DNA of 64,000 nt. Origin: Utricularia gibba. Taxonomy: Eukaryota > Plantae > Magnoliophyta. Position 1 is the stretch's first letter. Every line of letters begins with the position of its first letter. Shown piece after piece: positions 14,004-30,490 of the stretch. Under the pieces are notes generated by a model. The model searched no databases. It had not been told where the DNA came from and saw nothing but the letters and a program-made list of their open reading frames with translations. The translations under genes and the position numbers were made by a program. The stretch covers positions 558,001-622,000 of the forward strand of contig CM007989.1 of NCBI GenBank assembly GCA_002189035.1, in the 5' to 3' direction.

Positions 14004-15898
14004 ATGGAAAACAACTGGTGTGCTGCTGCTCTTATGGAGTCCACGGCCTCCAAGATACAGCAGCTTCAGAAGGCATTTGCTGAACTTGAAAGTCACCGAG
14101 CTGTTACCCTAAATTTTCAATGGAAGCAGCTTGAAGAGCATCTTTATGGACTTCAGAAGTCACTGAAGAGGCGTTTCACCGAGCTAGAAGAGCAGGAAAA
14201 GAATTTTGATGCTAGAGTTGCAGAATCCAAAGACATGTTAGAGAAGCGTAAAGCTGCTGTCTTGGCTAAGGAGCAAGCTTCGCTTGAGAGGCTCCAAGAG
14301 AAGCGAGATGCTGCTGTTTCGGCTATCTTAACTTGTATGCAGAAGAAAAGGCCATTTCCCTTGGATTCATTTGATAGAGACACCGAGAATCACGTGGAAA
14401 ACACCTCTGTTGATGAAAGAGCGGATGCTGAGGCTAACTCGGATTTCACGAAAAAACGTGCTAAAAGTGTTGATGTGCAGGTGAAATCCTATCCAGAGCT
14501 AGTGAAATTATGCCGAGAGATGAATTCAGAGGGGCTGCAAAAATTTATATCTGATAACCGTAGGGATCTTGCCACCCTGAAGGAGGAAGTTCCTATTGCA
14601 CTCAGTGCATCTGCAGACCCTGGCACTTTGATTCTGGAAACACTGAAGGGCTTTTATGGAACAGAGGTTCCGAATTTTGATACTAAAAAAGATTCAAATC
14701 TCTTGGGCCTTAGAAGAACTTGTATCATGCTGATGGAGTGTCTCAGCAGACTGCTTAAAGATCAGGATGTCAACTACTCACACTATGAAATCTCAGAGGA
14801 TGCCAGGCAAGGGGCCAAAATTATGGCCGAGAATTGGAAACCGAAACTTGAAAACCTTGATGCTGATGCCAGCAACGGAAATTCTTTGGAAGCTCATGCA
14901 TTCCTTCTCCTTTTGTCTACATTCGGCATCAATTCAGAATTTGATCAGAAAATCTTATTCAAGTTAATACCCATGGTTTCTCGTCGTCGCCAAACTGCTG
15001 AGCTATGCCATAGCCTTGGGTTGACAGAGAAAATCCCAGGTTTTTTATTGTTGTAAACTTGTTTCACCGGAATGCAGCATATTTAGGATTTATGTATTAG
15101 CTCCTCCTGGAAGCTTTCCCTTCACCTTATTTTTCCTCAGAACGGTTTTCTGTTCACTTCTGTTTCTTATATGTCCATGGGAATTTTAGGAATTATTGAT
15201 GTGCTGATCAAGAATGGCAGACAGATTGATGCTGCTAATCTGGCTTTTGCATTTGAGCTCACGGATCAGTTTTCACCAATTCCGCTACTTAAATCTTACT
15301 TGTCTGAGGCGAAGAAAGCCCCCAAAAATGGCAGCACACCACCTACCGCTTCTTCTCAGGTTAATTTCTTAAGATTCGAAAAGCATGCTGTGATTTTGTG
15401 TTACAAGCATATGAGACATCGTAACATCTCCGCAACAGCTCTTAGTAAAACCTTTTTCGGTTGCAGATAGATGCTCATGAGAAAGAGCTAACTGCCATCA
15501 AAGCTGTGATGAAGTGCGTAGAAGACCACAAGCTGGAGGAGCAGTTCCCACTTGAGTCACTCCAGAAGCAGGTTCTGGAAATTGAGAAAGCCAAAGCAGA
15601 AAAGAAGCGTACCGCTGAAGTAGCCAAGCCACAACCCAAGAGGCCCCGCGCCACCGCCGCTGCTCATGCACCACGAGTTTCTCCCAAAGCTGCTGCTGCT
15701 GAAAAGAACTACCATGGCAGTAGGATGGCTGACAAAAGGTATCCACAATACGGCTACGAGATGCTGCCACCACCGCGTTATGCATACCCTGTACCAGGTG
15801 AGCCCCATATTTCCCCATACATGGGTACGCCATCCTACACCTTCTCTCCCAGCTTCTTTGGAAATCCGTACCAGTACCAAACGGGCTACCTTCACTAG
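14004..15898 (+). CDS. FRIGIDA-like protein (FRL3/FRL4-type), 3 exons
   Basis: SKIQQLQKAFAELESHRAVTLN, LRRTCIMLME, NGNSLEAHAFL, VSRRRQTAELC, GRQIDAANLAFAFEL, KRPR; Tyr/Pro-rich C-terminus; GT-AG introns near 15040-15190 and 15360-15467. Confidence 0.9.
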
Positions 15899-16395
15899 TC
15901 TGCTCAAGCTCAACTGATGATGGTCTGCAAATCTTTAACTGTTAGCGTTGACCTTCTACATGTGTCCTTAGTTTTATCGTCCTCTGCTCTTTCCCGCTAC
16001 TTGAAAACTGAATCGAGGGTAATTTGTAGTCTATTGTAGAAGTGGATCGCAGGCATGCCATGCGATCAATCAAACTGTGGTTTATGTTTATATAATGTTT
16101 GTTGTGCTGGTCTAGTGATTGTGATCTGTTTAGAGTTTCTTCTTCCTCCAAGTAGAAGAGAAAGCATCAATCAAGAAAAGATGTCAAATCTGCTGTACAT
16201 AATGAACGAGCAACAGACGAGTGGAAATGAAGGCTATATGCACAGAGGGGCTACATCTGTATTCTTCCCAGACACATATTCCACTCACCAAAAATGGCGT
16301 TCCAAGAAAGGCAGCCGATCAAGAGAAAGAGCCACTAGCAGCCTCTTCGGCACATCGACCACTTCCTATGAATTAGAGTAAGCAATGTTCCATCC

Positions 16396-19855
<3,460 letters not shown>

Positions 19856-20264
19856 TTCCAAAACCCAAAACTAATGTCACAAAAGCAACATGAAAAATGC
19901 TTCAATATGAAGGCAAAAACTCGCGAATCGATACTCAATGATCACAAGGTATTTGGTAAATTAGGGCATCCATTTTCCTGGAATGAACGTCACAAATGGC
20001 GTAAGTTGATCCACGACACTGGTAAACCAGGGCTATTTGACTTTGCATGAGAAAGGGTAGAAACTAGTGGCGATAGAGCCGTACTTTTGGGCCGGATCTT
20101 TTGAGCCAATATCTAGAGCTCATTACTACTGGCATCTCCCTTAGGCCCATTACTATTTAAAATAGTTATTGACCAACATGGACGCCGGTGAACTGCCGTT
20201 GCTGCCGCAGGGCGGAGGTATTCGGAGGTGAATCTGCAATTTTTTGTTTTCTCGTGAACGAAAA
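19856..20264. promoter_or_regulatory. Short divergent (bidirectional) promoter between FtsH and the DHHC gene
   Basis: Head-to-head start codons ~410 bp apart; site II-like tgggcc (~20089) and aggccca (~20143). Confidence 0.5.
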
Positions 20265-22504
20265 ATGAGGGAACAGGTTCGAGTTCTCCGTAATCAGCAA
20301 TCCAGCTCTTGGATTGTGGGCATAGTTTCGCTGATCTCTGTTCTGGCTACCCAATTGACGCTTTCAATGCTTCCCGTTTTCTTCCCCACCTTAAGCATCC
20401 TCCTTCTCATCCCGCTCTCAGGTTTAATCGATCTTCGCATCTTCTTCTCCATATCATGTTTATGATCAACAGGATTTCATGTTTTTTTTCCTCTTTCAAC
20501 TGCAGTTGTTTTTCTTGGGGTTGTGCTGGTCTTGTCGAGGTTCTTCAAGAAAATTGCTGGTGTGAGGGCCTCGGCTCCGGCTTTTGTTTTTTTCACAATT
20601 CTTTTCGTCTGGGCAGTTTACTTTTGGATGGTTCGCCAAGGTACTTGATTCAAGCTTCTATCCTTGAAACTGCTAAACCGGCGATTCTCCTTTGTTCATC
20701 ATGATTTTTTTTTACTACGGAAAATGAAAGGACTGCCACGGATGATGTTGATCTTATTCTTCTATCTCATGTTGAGTAATTGCCTGAGATTGGAAGGATG
20801 CGTGGATTGCATATTAATGATTTGAAATGAGTCTTAGGGTGCTGTTGACTTTATTCTACGTTATTTTTCTTTGGGAGATTCCCTAATAGAGCATGGCCTA
20901 TGAAACAATGTTTTGCATACGGTGATAGGAAGATAATCTCATGCTTTTTTTTTTTTTTTTTTGCTGATTTTGCAGCCATTTCACCTATGATGGACCTTAT
21001 TTTTAATATAGAAATCCTCTTGCTGATTGTTGGTTTATGCTGGTGAGCTAGTCTTACTATTTTAGCTTGATTGATTATACCTGCTTTTTTTATCCTTTTC
21101 TAAATTGTTTCTTCCAGTTTTATGAAATCGGATCCTGGGTATGCCAACTTTCATTCTTCCCAGTTGAACATGCTTGTCAGGGGTCTCGATGGGAAAGTTG
21201 AGGCTGAAGTAGAGGTTATTCTCGTTAGGGCTTAGAATGCCCCAGCAGATTCTGTGACAATCTGTTTTATCATGCAGGAATTGTATATTTGAACTTCTCT
21301 TGTTCAGGAGTCTCATGCTCAAGATGTAAGCTAATTCATTTCCGCTTTTTGTTTTCCAATTTTGTTTAAACGCTCTTTTTTCTAGGTTACTGGTGCACTC
21401 AGAAGAGTAAGATACTGCCCACAATGCAAGAACCATGTTAAAGGCTTTGACCACCACTGCCCTGCTTTTGGAAATTGTATAGGTCTCCATTAGTAAATAT
21501 TTTGTCAACTCTTTGTGCCTTTTTTGCTTATGTTTCAGGGATATCATATTTTGTGTGCAGGTCAAAGAAATCATTTTTTCTTTTTGGTGCTTCTGGTGGG
21601 ATTCTTCATATCTGAGGCCACTTTCGTAGTCTGTTCATTTGAGAGTGAGTTCAGTCTAGCCAAAGTTTAAGATGCTAGTTCTTAGAAACTTCCTTTTACT
21701 GCTCTCTGTGTAATTACTCAGATCATCTGCCTTCTCCTGGTTTCAGTTGCTTCTTCTTCATCTCCCAGCATCAACGCTTTCAGTTGGAAGATACCTTATT
21801 CTTCTCTGGTCACATCCCAAATGAAATTTCCTGTTAAAATGCTTCATGAGCCACTTCCTAATAATGATGCTAACCATGCGAATTTTTTCCAGACGGTGAT
21901 TCCAGAGAATGTCGTTGTAGGTTCCTTGTTGTTTTGCATAATTCAAGAAGCCTGGAAGGTACCATTCGCTTCTATTTCTATCTGTGTAGCTAGCTCTATG
22001 GGAATGTTCATTAACTAGCTTTCGGGTCCAGATTTTCTTGCATTATGCAAATATTGTACGACCGCCCATTGAAAGTATGCCGCCTTATGGTGTACCCTTT
22101 CAACTTGCAGGTGGTCTTCATCATGTGGCACATCTATTGTGCTTGTTTTAACATCAAAACTGATGAATGGGTAACTTCTCCCACCAAATAAGTCTCTTCC
22201 CTTTGATAACCATCGCTCCCTTCTTTATCCTTGTTGCGCCTCATGTACAAATGGCTGTTCACAAACATACTCCGCAGATAAACTGGAGAAAGTATCCCGA
22301 GTTTCAGATGGAAGTCATCTCCCACTACGGTAAATTCGCATGAACTTCTGTTATCTTCATTTTCTACTGGACTCCATAACAACAGAGATGGGGGGAACAC
22401 CCACACCATTTGCAGGGGAAGGTGCAACACAGACAGAGTTCAAGAATCCTTACCACAAAGGTATACTGCAGAATCTGAAAGAGTTCCTAAGACCACAGGC
22501 TTAA
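20265..22504 (+). CDS. DHHC-type protein S-acyltransferase (palmitoyltransferase), multi-exon
   Basis: Exon RRVRYCPQCKNHVKGFDHHCPAFGNCIG (~21388-21481), several TM exons, NIKTDEW, NPYHKGILQNLKEFL terminal motif; not captured by the ORF track because exons are short. Some internal exon boundaries are uncertain. Confidence 0.88.
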
Positions 22505-23165
22505 CATTCTGGGAGACATGCTCGTTCATTATCCGGTGTGTAGTGTCTTTCTTCAGATCTTGCCCCAAATAGAAACCCGAAACTTCACTTTCAGTCACGT
22601 GACATTATTTTAACCAACACAGTCCTCTGCAGATGCATGAGGTGGGTTCATTATTCGGTTTCTGGGTTCTTTGACAGACCGCCGCCCATCGGAGTAGTCT
22701 GCAGAGCTGCACAAGAAGAAGAACAAGCGGACCGCCCTCCGGCACATCTTGCCGCACCCACTCGTACGTCCTCTCCTCGTTTATGTCAAATCTATGTTCC
22801 GGTCGTTTGAACGGTCGACCACCCACAGGAATGAGCTGCTCTGCCCCCACCACCCTCCATTTTAATGTTTTGGATTTTGTCGGGATGATTTATGAGCTTC
22901 TCAATAATTTCCTCAGCGAATTTTCATTTTAATCACACAAAAATTAATTATATTTATTCCTAAACTTGCCCATTCTCTGTGCGGTCAAATGCATGCATGA
23001 ATTGGTAATAACCTAATTTAACGTTGTATTTATTTTCAGTGACCACCTGAAACAAATGTTGCAATAAGAAGAAAACTTGAGGATTAAGCGTCGTCCCCGT
23101 TCTTACAGAGACGAGACGACAGGCGCAGTTCTAGACTAAAAGCAATCTTGTCCTAGAATCTTCTC

Positions 23166-23726
23166 TCACGCTAACCCCGGACTGGAACCAGAGCCTGTGA
23201 CGGGGATGACCTGAGAATTCTGCTTGTGAAGGGGAAGCGGCGGAGGATTCCCATGGCCCGCCTGGCATCTGAACCTCCTCTGCATCTCCGCTTCCTGCGC
23301 CAGCCTCTTCCGCAGAAGCTTGTCTTCCGCGTCCCTCAAAAACTTGAAACTCGGGGGAGGAGAATGGGGAATCAGATCCACGGCTCCGGTGCCAACCCTC
23401 CGCGGCGGCGAAGGTACCGGGGTGAAGTCGCTTCTCCTGGACCCGTTTCTGGGTAGTTTCCCATCGTTGGACTCCAAATCCTCCCTCGTCTCCTCCACAA
23501 TCGGGAATAGAGACGGCTGCAGCTTCGTGGATTCCGGCTTCCGTCCCCCGGCGTGGAACCCGAAGCAGCAGCAGCTGCAGCAGAAAGAGACGGGTTTGGT
23601 CTTGTGGGCGGCGGTGACGACGATTCGCTTTTTCCAGTAGAAGTAGTAGAGATCAGCGACGATCCCGAGAAGAATGAATCCAAAGAGAATGCTGAGGCCG
23701 ACTCCCAGTCCGCAGAAGGGGTTCAT
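23166..23726 (-). CDS. Single-exon plant protein with N-terminal TM helix, unknown function
   Basis: MNPFCGLGVGLSILFGFILLGIVADLYYFYWKKR then LFPIVEETREDLES, FTPVPSPP, SPPPSFKFLRDAEDKL, a pattern I recognise from a conserved plant TM family. Confidence 0.75.
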   Translation of the reverse strand: MNPFCGLGVGLSILFGFILLGIVADLYYFYWKKRIVVTAAHKTKPVSFCCSCCCFGFHAGGRKPESTKLQPSLFPIVEETREDLESNDGKLPRNGSRRSDFTPVPSPPRRVGTGAVDLIPHSPPPSFKFLRDAEDKLLRKRLAQEAEMQRRFRCQAGHGNPPPLPLHKQNSQVIPVTGSGSSPGLA

Positions 23727-24313
23727 CGGGAGAAACGGAAAGGAGCGTGGAGGAGGATGTGACTGAAAATGGCTCCAAATATCCACAGGTGGCGTCAACG
23801 GGTCAGCAACCGCAAGGAGACGGATGCATCACAAGAACCCCGAAGCCGGACAAAAAACTCTTGCAGGGGCTTCTGAAAAAGAGGCGATTCCTCCCCCTCA
23901 CTCACATGCGCCTGCCAAGTGCCAATTACGGAAATTACAATTTTTTTAAAAAAATAATTAAATGCATATTTATTTATTTATTTATAGAATTAAAACGCCT
24001 TAGCTGGATTGGACGGATGGCTTCTTTTAAAAATTGGTATGATTTTTTACTAAAAAAAATATTATTCATTTGTTCTTTGTCTTTTTGTTTTTCACTTTGA
24101 GATTGATAATTTTTTTTAGTAATTTTTGGGATTTTGGGGTGGTTTCCGTAATTAACTAATTTTCAAGGACTCGAATTGCGAACCGCCTGATGTCTTTCCG
24201 TGGCACGTCTCTGGCACCTCACTCGTCTCGCATTCGCCGGAACACCCAGACGCTAGGGCGCATACTTTACGCGATCTCCGGAATCGGCTTGCGAAGATGC
24301 TGATACGATCAGC

Positions 24314-24630
24314 ATGTCGACGGCGGCTCTGGACATAACTCTGGATGATCGCATCAAAAGTAACCCGTAGCTCGTGGCCAGTGCCGCGGCGGCGGAGGTC
24401 CTGGACCGTCGCGCCGCCTGAATTTCATGGACGTTAATCGTGCCGCTCCGTACACAGTTTCGGAATCTCATATCCGGTTACTGGTTTTGCTCTGCAGCTT
24501 CTCATGAGATGCGGCTGTCGTATACGCTCCTGGAGCAGCAAGGGGCCATATTATGGTCTCTCATATCGGCACCGGGACGGAGCAGTACGTCTCCGATCTG
24601 GATTACGGAGCATCTAACGAAGATATTAAG
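24314..24630 (+). pseudogene. ALY/REF (THO complex subunit 4)-like RNA export factor pseudogene, truncated
   Basis: MSTAALDITLDDRIKSN then in-frame TAG; in a shifted frame RGGGGPGPSRRLN..NRAAPYT; after a putative intron IGTGTEQYVSDLDYGASNEDIK|gt (degenerate RNP2, cf. IETGTKLYISNLDYGVSNEDIK). No downstream RRM exons before RPS15A. Confidence 0.75.
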
Positions 24631-25252
24631 GTCAGGGGACGTAAATCAAGGAGGGGCTCCTGGTTTTCAATGGTTTTTTAGCAAGTGCTTTCATATAGGA
24701 ACAATATTTCATATGGCCAAACTACCCCTGCCCCAGTTAGCCGTGCATAGTATTTACTCGTTAGGGGCAAACATGGCATTTCTAATTCCGCCCTGCGACC
24801 CACCTAAAAGGCTTCTTTTACTTGGGCTTGAGCATTTGTATATGAGCCCAGTGTCGTCCAGGAAACCCTCGCCGTCAGACTAACAAATTGAGCTGCGAGT
24901 TCCGCAGGTTTGGAATTCTTCGATTACGAAGCGGCCGGCCAGCTTCTCAGGTTCTTTCTGGTTCTTTGTGTTCTTGCATTTAATCGTTATATTTTCGGAC
25001 ATCGTTTGAATCTTGAGATGATTTCTGTCTGGGTGTTCCGAATGAAAGACGTAATCCTGTTAGGAGATGCGGCTGTGTTTTCCGATAAATGTTGATTTTG
25101 GATGTTGTTGTTTAGTGATCTCTTGCGTCGAACGGAACTACAATGGGTTTTGAGTGATAGTGAGGGTAAATGATTGTAGCCGTGGGGCTTGCGTGAAGAT
25201 CTCGTTTTGTGATTCTATCATCGGTTATTTTGATTGCTGCAGCTTGAGTTAA

Positions 25253-25828
<576 letters not shown>

Positions 25829-26132
25829 AAATTCAGAACCCTGCTCGCCTTTCTCTACTCTTTGGACCATGTTGCAGTTTTGTTTCCTGGGAAACATTCT
25901 CGCATTTGTACCTGGATCTCGTTTGAGTTTCAATGGTTCATTTCATATTTAGGTTGATGAAATTTGAACTGCATGCACTGTGCTGTGCCCTCATCCTCAG
26001 TTTTTGAAATATGAACCATAAGCCCGGTTCTGCTATAATGAAATAGCCCCCAGTTGCTACCTTCCAATGCTACATGATGAAAACTGCTCCTTGTCCAAGA
26101 GCAAGTGATATTACACTGGCAGGTGGTGATTC

Positions 26133-26895
26133 TCATGGGCGTATCTTGAAGTGGAAGAGCCAGGAGAGGATGAAGGCGAACACCATGCACGCTACCAGAA
26201 AGTTTATGAAACGATGGCGATGACACAGCCTCTGGCGCTCAACCACAGCAACCGTCTCGGCTGTTTCCGAGGCCGTGCTTGCTGCTTCGTTCCACGTTAT
26301 GGCGAACTGTGCATCGCCGGTGGAGCTCACATTCCTTGCTGTGGATCCGCATATCTCACAAGTCCTGTGGATTCAAAAAGCAGAGGTCCTCAGAACTGTT
26401 GGAATTGAAATGCGTGGAACAACCCTGTTAGGAAACAAGGCTGGAGGAGTTGTGGGCGACCCAAAGAGACAACAACTTCGAGTTCAACCTTCAAGAATTC
26501 AAAAAACGAAGATACTGAGGTTGGAAATGGCAGAGGAACGGTAATGCGACTCACGTGTTTCCTTTAATCTTGAACCAAGTCTCAGCACACTGTTTGTGGG
26601 CGGCACCCAGATCATCTTTACATGAGCACCCTAATTCGAAGCAATTTCCAGGATCTTGATGCGTGGCATCGATGCTGAGATGACAAATCCTGCAGTCTCT
26701 CCCTGTTTTCCTGGAAGAAATTTGAATGAGCCCAGATTCCAGATCCACCATCTCCACAGATGCATTTGAATTCCTGCCTTTATCTTTCCTCTCGTTCTCC
26801 GACATCGGCGCGATCTCCTTCGCTGCCAGGGGCGGCGGCCCGCCGGCGTCGGTGACAGGTGATACAAAATCAGTAGACTGATGCAAAGTCGACAT
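26133..26895 (-). CDS. RING-CH (RINGv, C4HC3) E3 ligase with C-terminal TM, 2 exons
   Basis: CRIC...LGCSCKDDLGAAHKQCAETWFKIKGN|..CEICG; C-terminus RFINFLVACMVFAFILSWLFHF. Confidence 0.9.
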
Positions 26896-27522
26896 TTTTA
26901 CAGAAGCCCAGATGAAGAATATGATTCATCTATGAGAGGAAGATGAAAGGGTGTTGTAGACCCATTGACTACTGATTTCCCAACAGCCACAACAACCCCA
27001 ACAATTGAGATTCCTAGACTTTGCAGAGAGAAGAGGACACTGAGTGGGTTTGTTTTTAATTCCATTGTCAGCGGAAGGGGAGAGGTCCGGGCGACCATTT
27101 TCCCTTTAAGGAAGGCAGGCATTTTCATATCTCAACACATGTAAAACATGTGGCTATAGTATAGATGACGCCATTTTTAGGGTTTAGATCCTGTGTTACC
27201 ATTTTCTTCTGCCAGATGTTAACTTCAGACCACAGGCAAAGAAGCTCCTCAGAATGTTGGTTGGTTTGTACAGATCTATCTCTCTGTCTGTGCAGACCAG
27301 GCAGGCAAAAGGTTGCTGATTGATGACAATATATGGAGATTTAATTTCAAGTTCAAGAATCCAATCCAGAAAGGTAGTAAAAACTGGGGACATAATGTGA
27401 ATCAAGTGTTTCCCAACTTCAAGAACTGCAAGATGAATCACCAACTGGGGCAAGACAGCACCAGCTGGACATGGAAACGGAAACAGAGCATCGAGTAGCT
27501 ATTCCATCTCAGGCAAGGAGAA

Positions 27523-27756
27523 TCAACCAGACACCATTTTGACAACTATGCAGAGTAGATTGAGAAGTATTAGAGGAACTCTCAGGTACTGAGTTGCATA
27601 GATAAGACCAAGAATCTGCCCCTTCAGCGAGTTCCTTGTGACACCAGAGTACTCTTGGAAGCTCCACCCTCGTGGAGCAAGAAACCGATCTTCGTTCAAG
27701 ATTGCTAATGAATTCGCAAGAAGCAGGAACCCCTCCAGAAGCTTCCACAGCCCCAT
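27523..27756 (-). CDS. YOS1: Yos1-like (IER3IP1 family) ER-Golgi transport protein
   Basis: MGLWKLLEGFLLLANSLAILNEDRFLAPRGW...LKGQILGLIYATQYLRVPLILLN; family motif NxLAILNEDRFL. Confidence 0.92.
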   Translation of the reverse strand: MGLWKLLEGFLLLANSLAILNEDRFLAPRGWSFQEYSGVTRNSLKGQILGLIYATQYLRVPLILLNLLCIVVKMVSG

Positions 27757-28389
27757 TTGCACCACACTTCAAACAACCCTGGATCCTGCACTTGTTAGAG
27801 CGACATCACAAGTCAGCAGTGGAAGGGAATTCCTGAGATGACGCTTAATCCAAGCCCATGCTAACAAAAAAAATGAGAATGGAAAGAAGCCAGCTATGAT
27901 TCTCAACTAAGAACACATGAAAGCTCACTGACTTGATCCTAATACTTAAAACAGTCAAGTCATATGAAAAACCGAGGTTACTATTGACTGCATTGCCATG
28001 TCCCAACACAAAACTGATGGAACACCCTACAATCCAACTCAGTGGGTTGATCACAAAAGATTCCAAACTGCGCACCGTCCGAACTGTGTATTCAATTGAA
28101 GAAAAACCAATGGAATAATCACAGTTTTTTAAGCACTCAAGAAAAAAAAAATTGCATCATGTTTGAAACCACAAGTCGACTATTGAATCACCCAGGCAAG
28201 AAAAGCCCCAATCCAATCAAAAAGAAAAAGAAACGTCCGCAAAAAAAGAGCAATACTAGAAGCATGAAGTTCCATAGACTAATTCCAATAACTGAGCCGG
28301 AGGCGGCGAGGCCTGGCCTGATCGGTATACCAAAAAAAAAGCCTAAGAGCAGCAAAACAACGTGAATTCCCAGAAACAACAGCAAAATC

Positions 28390-28480
28390 AAGAGTACAAA
28401 CTCTCGATTTCTCCTAGAAACCGAAACCGTCGAGAGATCTGGAGCAAAATTTGATCTGAGAAAAAAAGTGCAAAATGCGA
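28390..28480 (-). promoter_or_regulatory. Putative 5'-UTR exon and donor of the YOS1-like gene; copy 1 of the leader shared with clathrin heavy chain
   Basis: Reverse complement tcgcattttgcactttttttctcagatcaaattttgctccagatctctcgacggtttcggtttctaggagaaatcgaga|gtttgtactctt. Confidence 0.7.
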
Positions 28481-29030
28481 AAAAGTCGCTACCAAACGAA
28501 GCTTAATGCTCTAAAGTTGCTACGCGATTCTGCATGACGCAGCTGTTGTTTACCATAGCGCCTTCCTTCAGTCGAGATGCGTCCCTGCAAGAGGTAGGTC
28601 GGGCCTGCGCAAGCATAATTCGGCCCATTGGGCCTTTTCGGTCTGGCCCACACCCTAAAGACATCTTCAAATTGCGCTTATCGAATACAAGAATTCACAA
28701 ACAGTTTCCATGTAAGAAACTGGTACCAAGGCAAAGCAGAATCAACGATTACGCTCCCAAAGCAACCCTAGACCAATTCTGGGCATGGGAGCCTGCAGGC
28801 AGAACTGAAAATTAAATATTATCAAATTTCTAAAACAAACAAAACACTAAGCACACGCTATTAAGAATTGCAACCAGGCCCTTGTGTTGCGTTTGTATTG
28901 TTGGAAGGCTCTCAAACAATTGGAAAATCATATCCAGACACGGGTTCCAAATCATGGGAAACACAGAAACGTGAAAATTAAGGCAGACTCGAGGTCTATA
29001 AGGTAAATAAGGCGGCAGCAAGCTTCCAAA

Positions 29031-30490
29031 TCAATCAAAAAGGCTGAAACCCATGTCATCATCAGACTCCTCAGCTGGCTCTTCTTTCTTCTCCTCCACA
29101 GCAGCAGGGGCAGCGGCAGAACCAGCGTCGGCTGCTGCTGCTGCCGGAGCTGCGGCGACAGCAAATTTGCTAGGATCCTGTAGAGAGGAATCAATCAGGA
29201 TTAGATGTACGGTGTACTGGGGGGGCAGACGGGGCAAGAAAGAAACCGGTAGCTTACTGCGAGATACTCCTTGACTTTGTCAGCTTCAGGGAAGGAGTAG
29301 TCTGTTTCAACAGCGATAGCCAAGACGTTCTTGTAAGCATTGATAAGCATGTGGGGCGCAGCTGCAAGAGTGGGATATGAGATGGCGAGAGAGAATGCAG
29401 TCACCAGGGAAACCCCGGATGCAAACTTCTCGACAAGGTCATCTTCGGTGAGGTCCAAAACCTCTGGGCTGAAGACGGACCCATTGTCGTACACTGAAAC
29501 GACTATCAGTCCATATGAGAAGGGCCTTATTCCAAGTTTCGCCAGGAGTGCAGCTTCAGAAGAACCAACTTTATCTCCCTTCTTGATGAGCTCTACCGGG
29601 GTAATAATCTCAACTGTACCCTTGTTGATTTTGGTGGGAATATTTAGAACCTGCATGAGTATCGACATTGGTTACTACATCACCTTAACGAAATAATGAA
29701 AATGGTCAGAGACAATTCACGAATTCGCTACCTGGAAAAAGGATGTCTGGGATGGATCCAGACCAGTGTTGCCTGGTGGAACAACCACATCAATGGGAGC
29801 TACTAGACCAACACGAGCAGGAGCCCCGACCTATTAACAATCATGCACAACAAGTCGGTACTCATCAACTGTCATACAAAGCAATCCAATGCACAAAATC
29901 AACAGTATCTGGACACAGGACTTCAGCATTGCTTTTAGAATGGACTTTCTATAAAAAATGTTCTAAAAATAAAACAATGGCATACATGCTTTCTTCGTAT
30001 AGAAACCAATACAACAGAAATGATAGAAAAGTGTTCACCAAAAGCATCGGCACGATGCTTACCTTGTACTTGGCAATCTCTTCGCTGACTTCCTTTAGAT
30101 CTCCCTTTGTGAAAATCAGCCCAACATTTCCCTATCAAGTAAAATAAACAAAACAAGGAATTTAGAATACAAATTCGGAGGCCGGAGTCTCAATATAATA
30201 ACGAGGTTACGGCCGAGCAATGCAATACACACAACAAGCAAGGGGATAAGGTTCAGAATGGCAGTGTTTCCCGTCTTCTCCGCGTGGATCCTGACACTCC
30301 TCTTTATCATAGTGTTTTTCCCCATGAGAACCACGGAATCACCACGCAATCCCTTTCTAATTGCCTGCAGCTGATTCGACCCCACGTTATCGGCAATCGC
30401 CACCAGAACCTGAGTATACTCGTCGAGCAACTGGCAGAGCTTCTTGTCATAGTTCACCTTCTTGTCCGCCTTTGAAATCTTAGGAGCCAT
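29031..30490 (-). CDS. RPP0: 60S acidic ribosomal protein P0 (uL10), multi-exon
   Basis: [53 protein letters not shown]-terminal [13 protein letters not shown]. Confidence 0.98.

Noticed and set aside
28188-28391. Very hydrophobic 67-aa ORF (MILLLFLGIHVV...) resembling a membrane peptide
   Set aside because: Lies inside the T-rich putative 5'-UTR intron of the YOS1-like gene; T-richness alone yields L/F/I codons.
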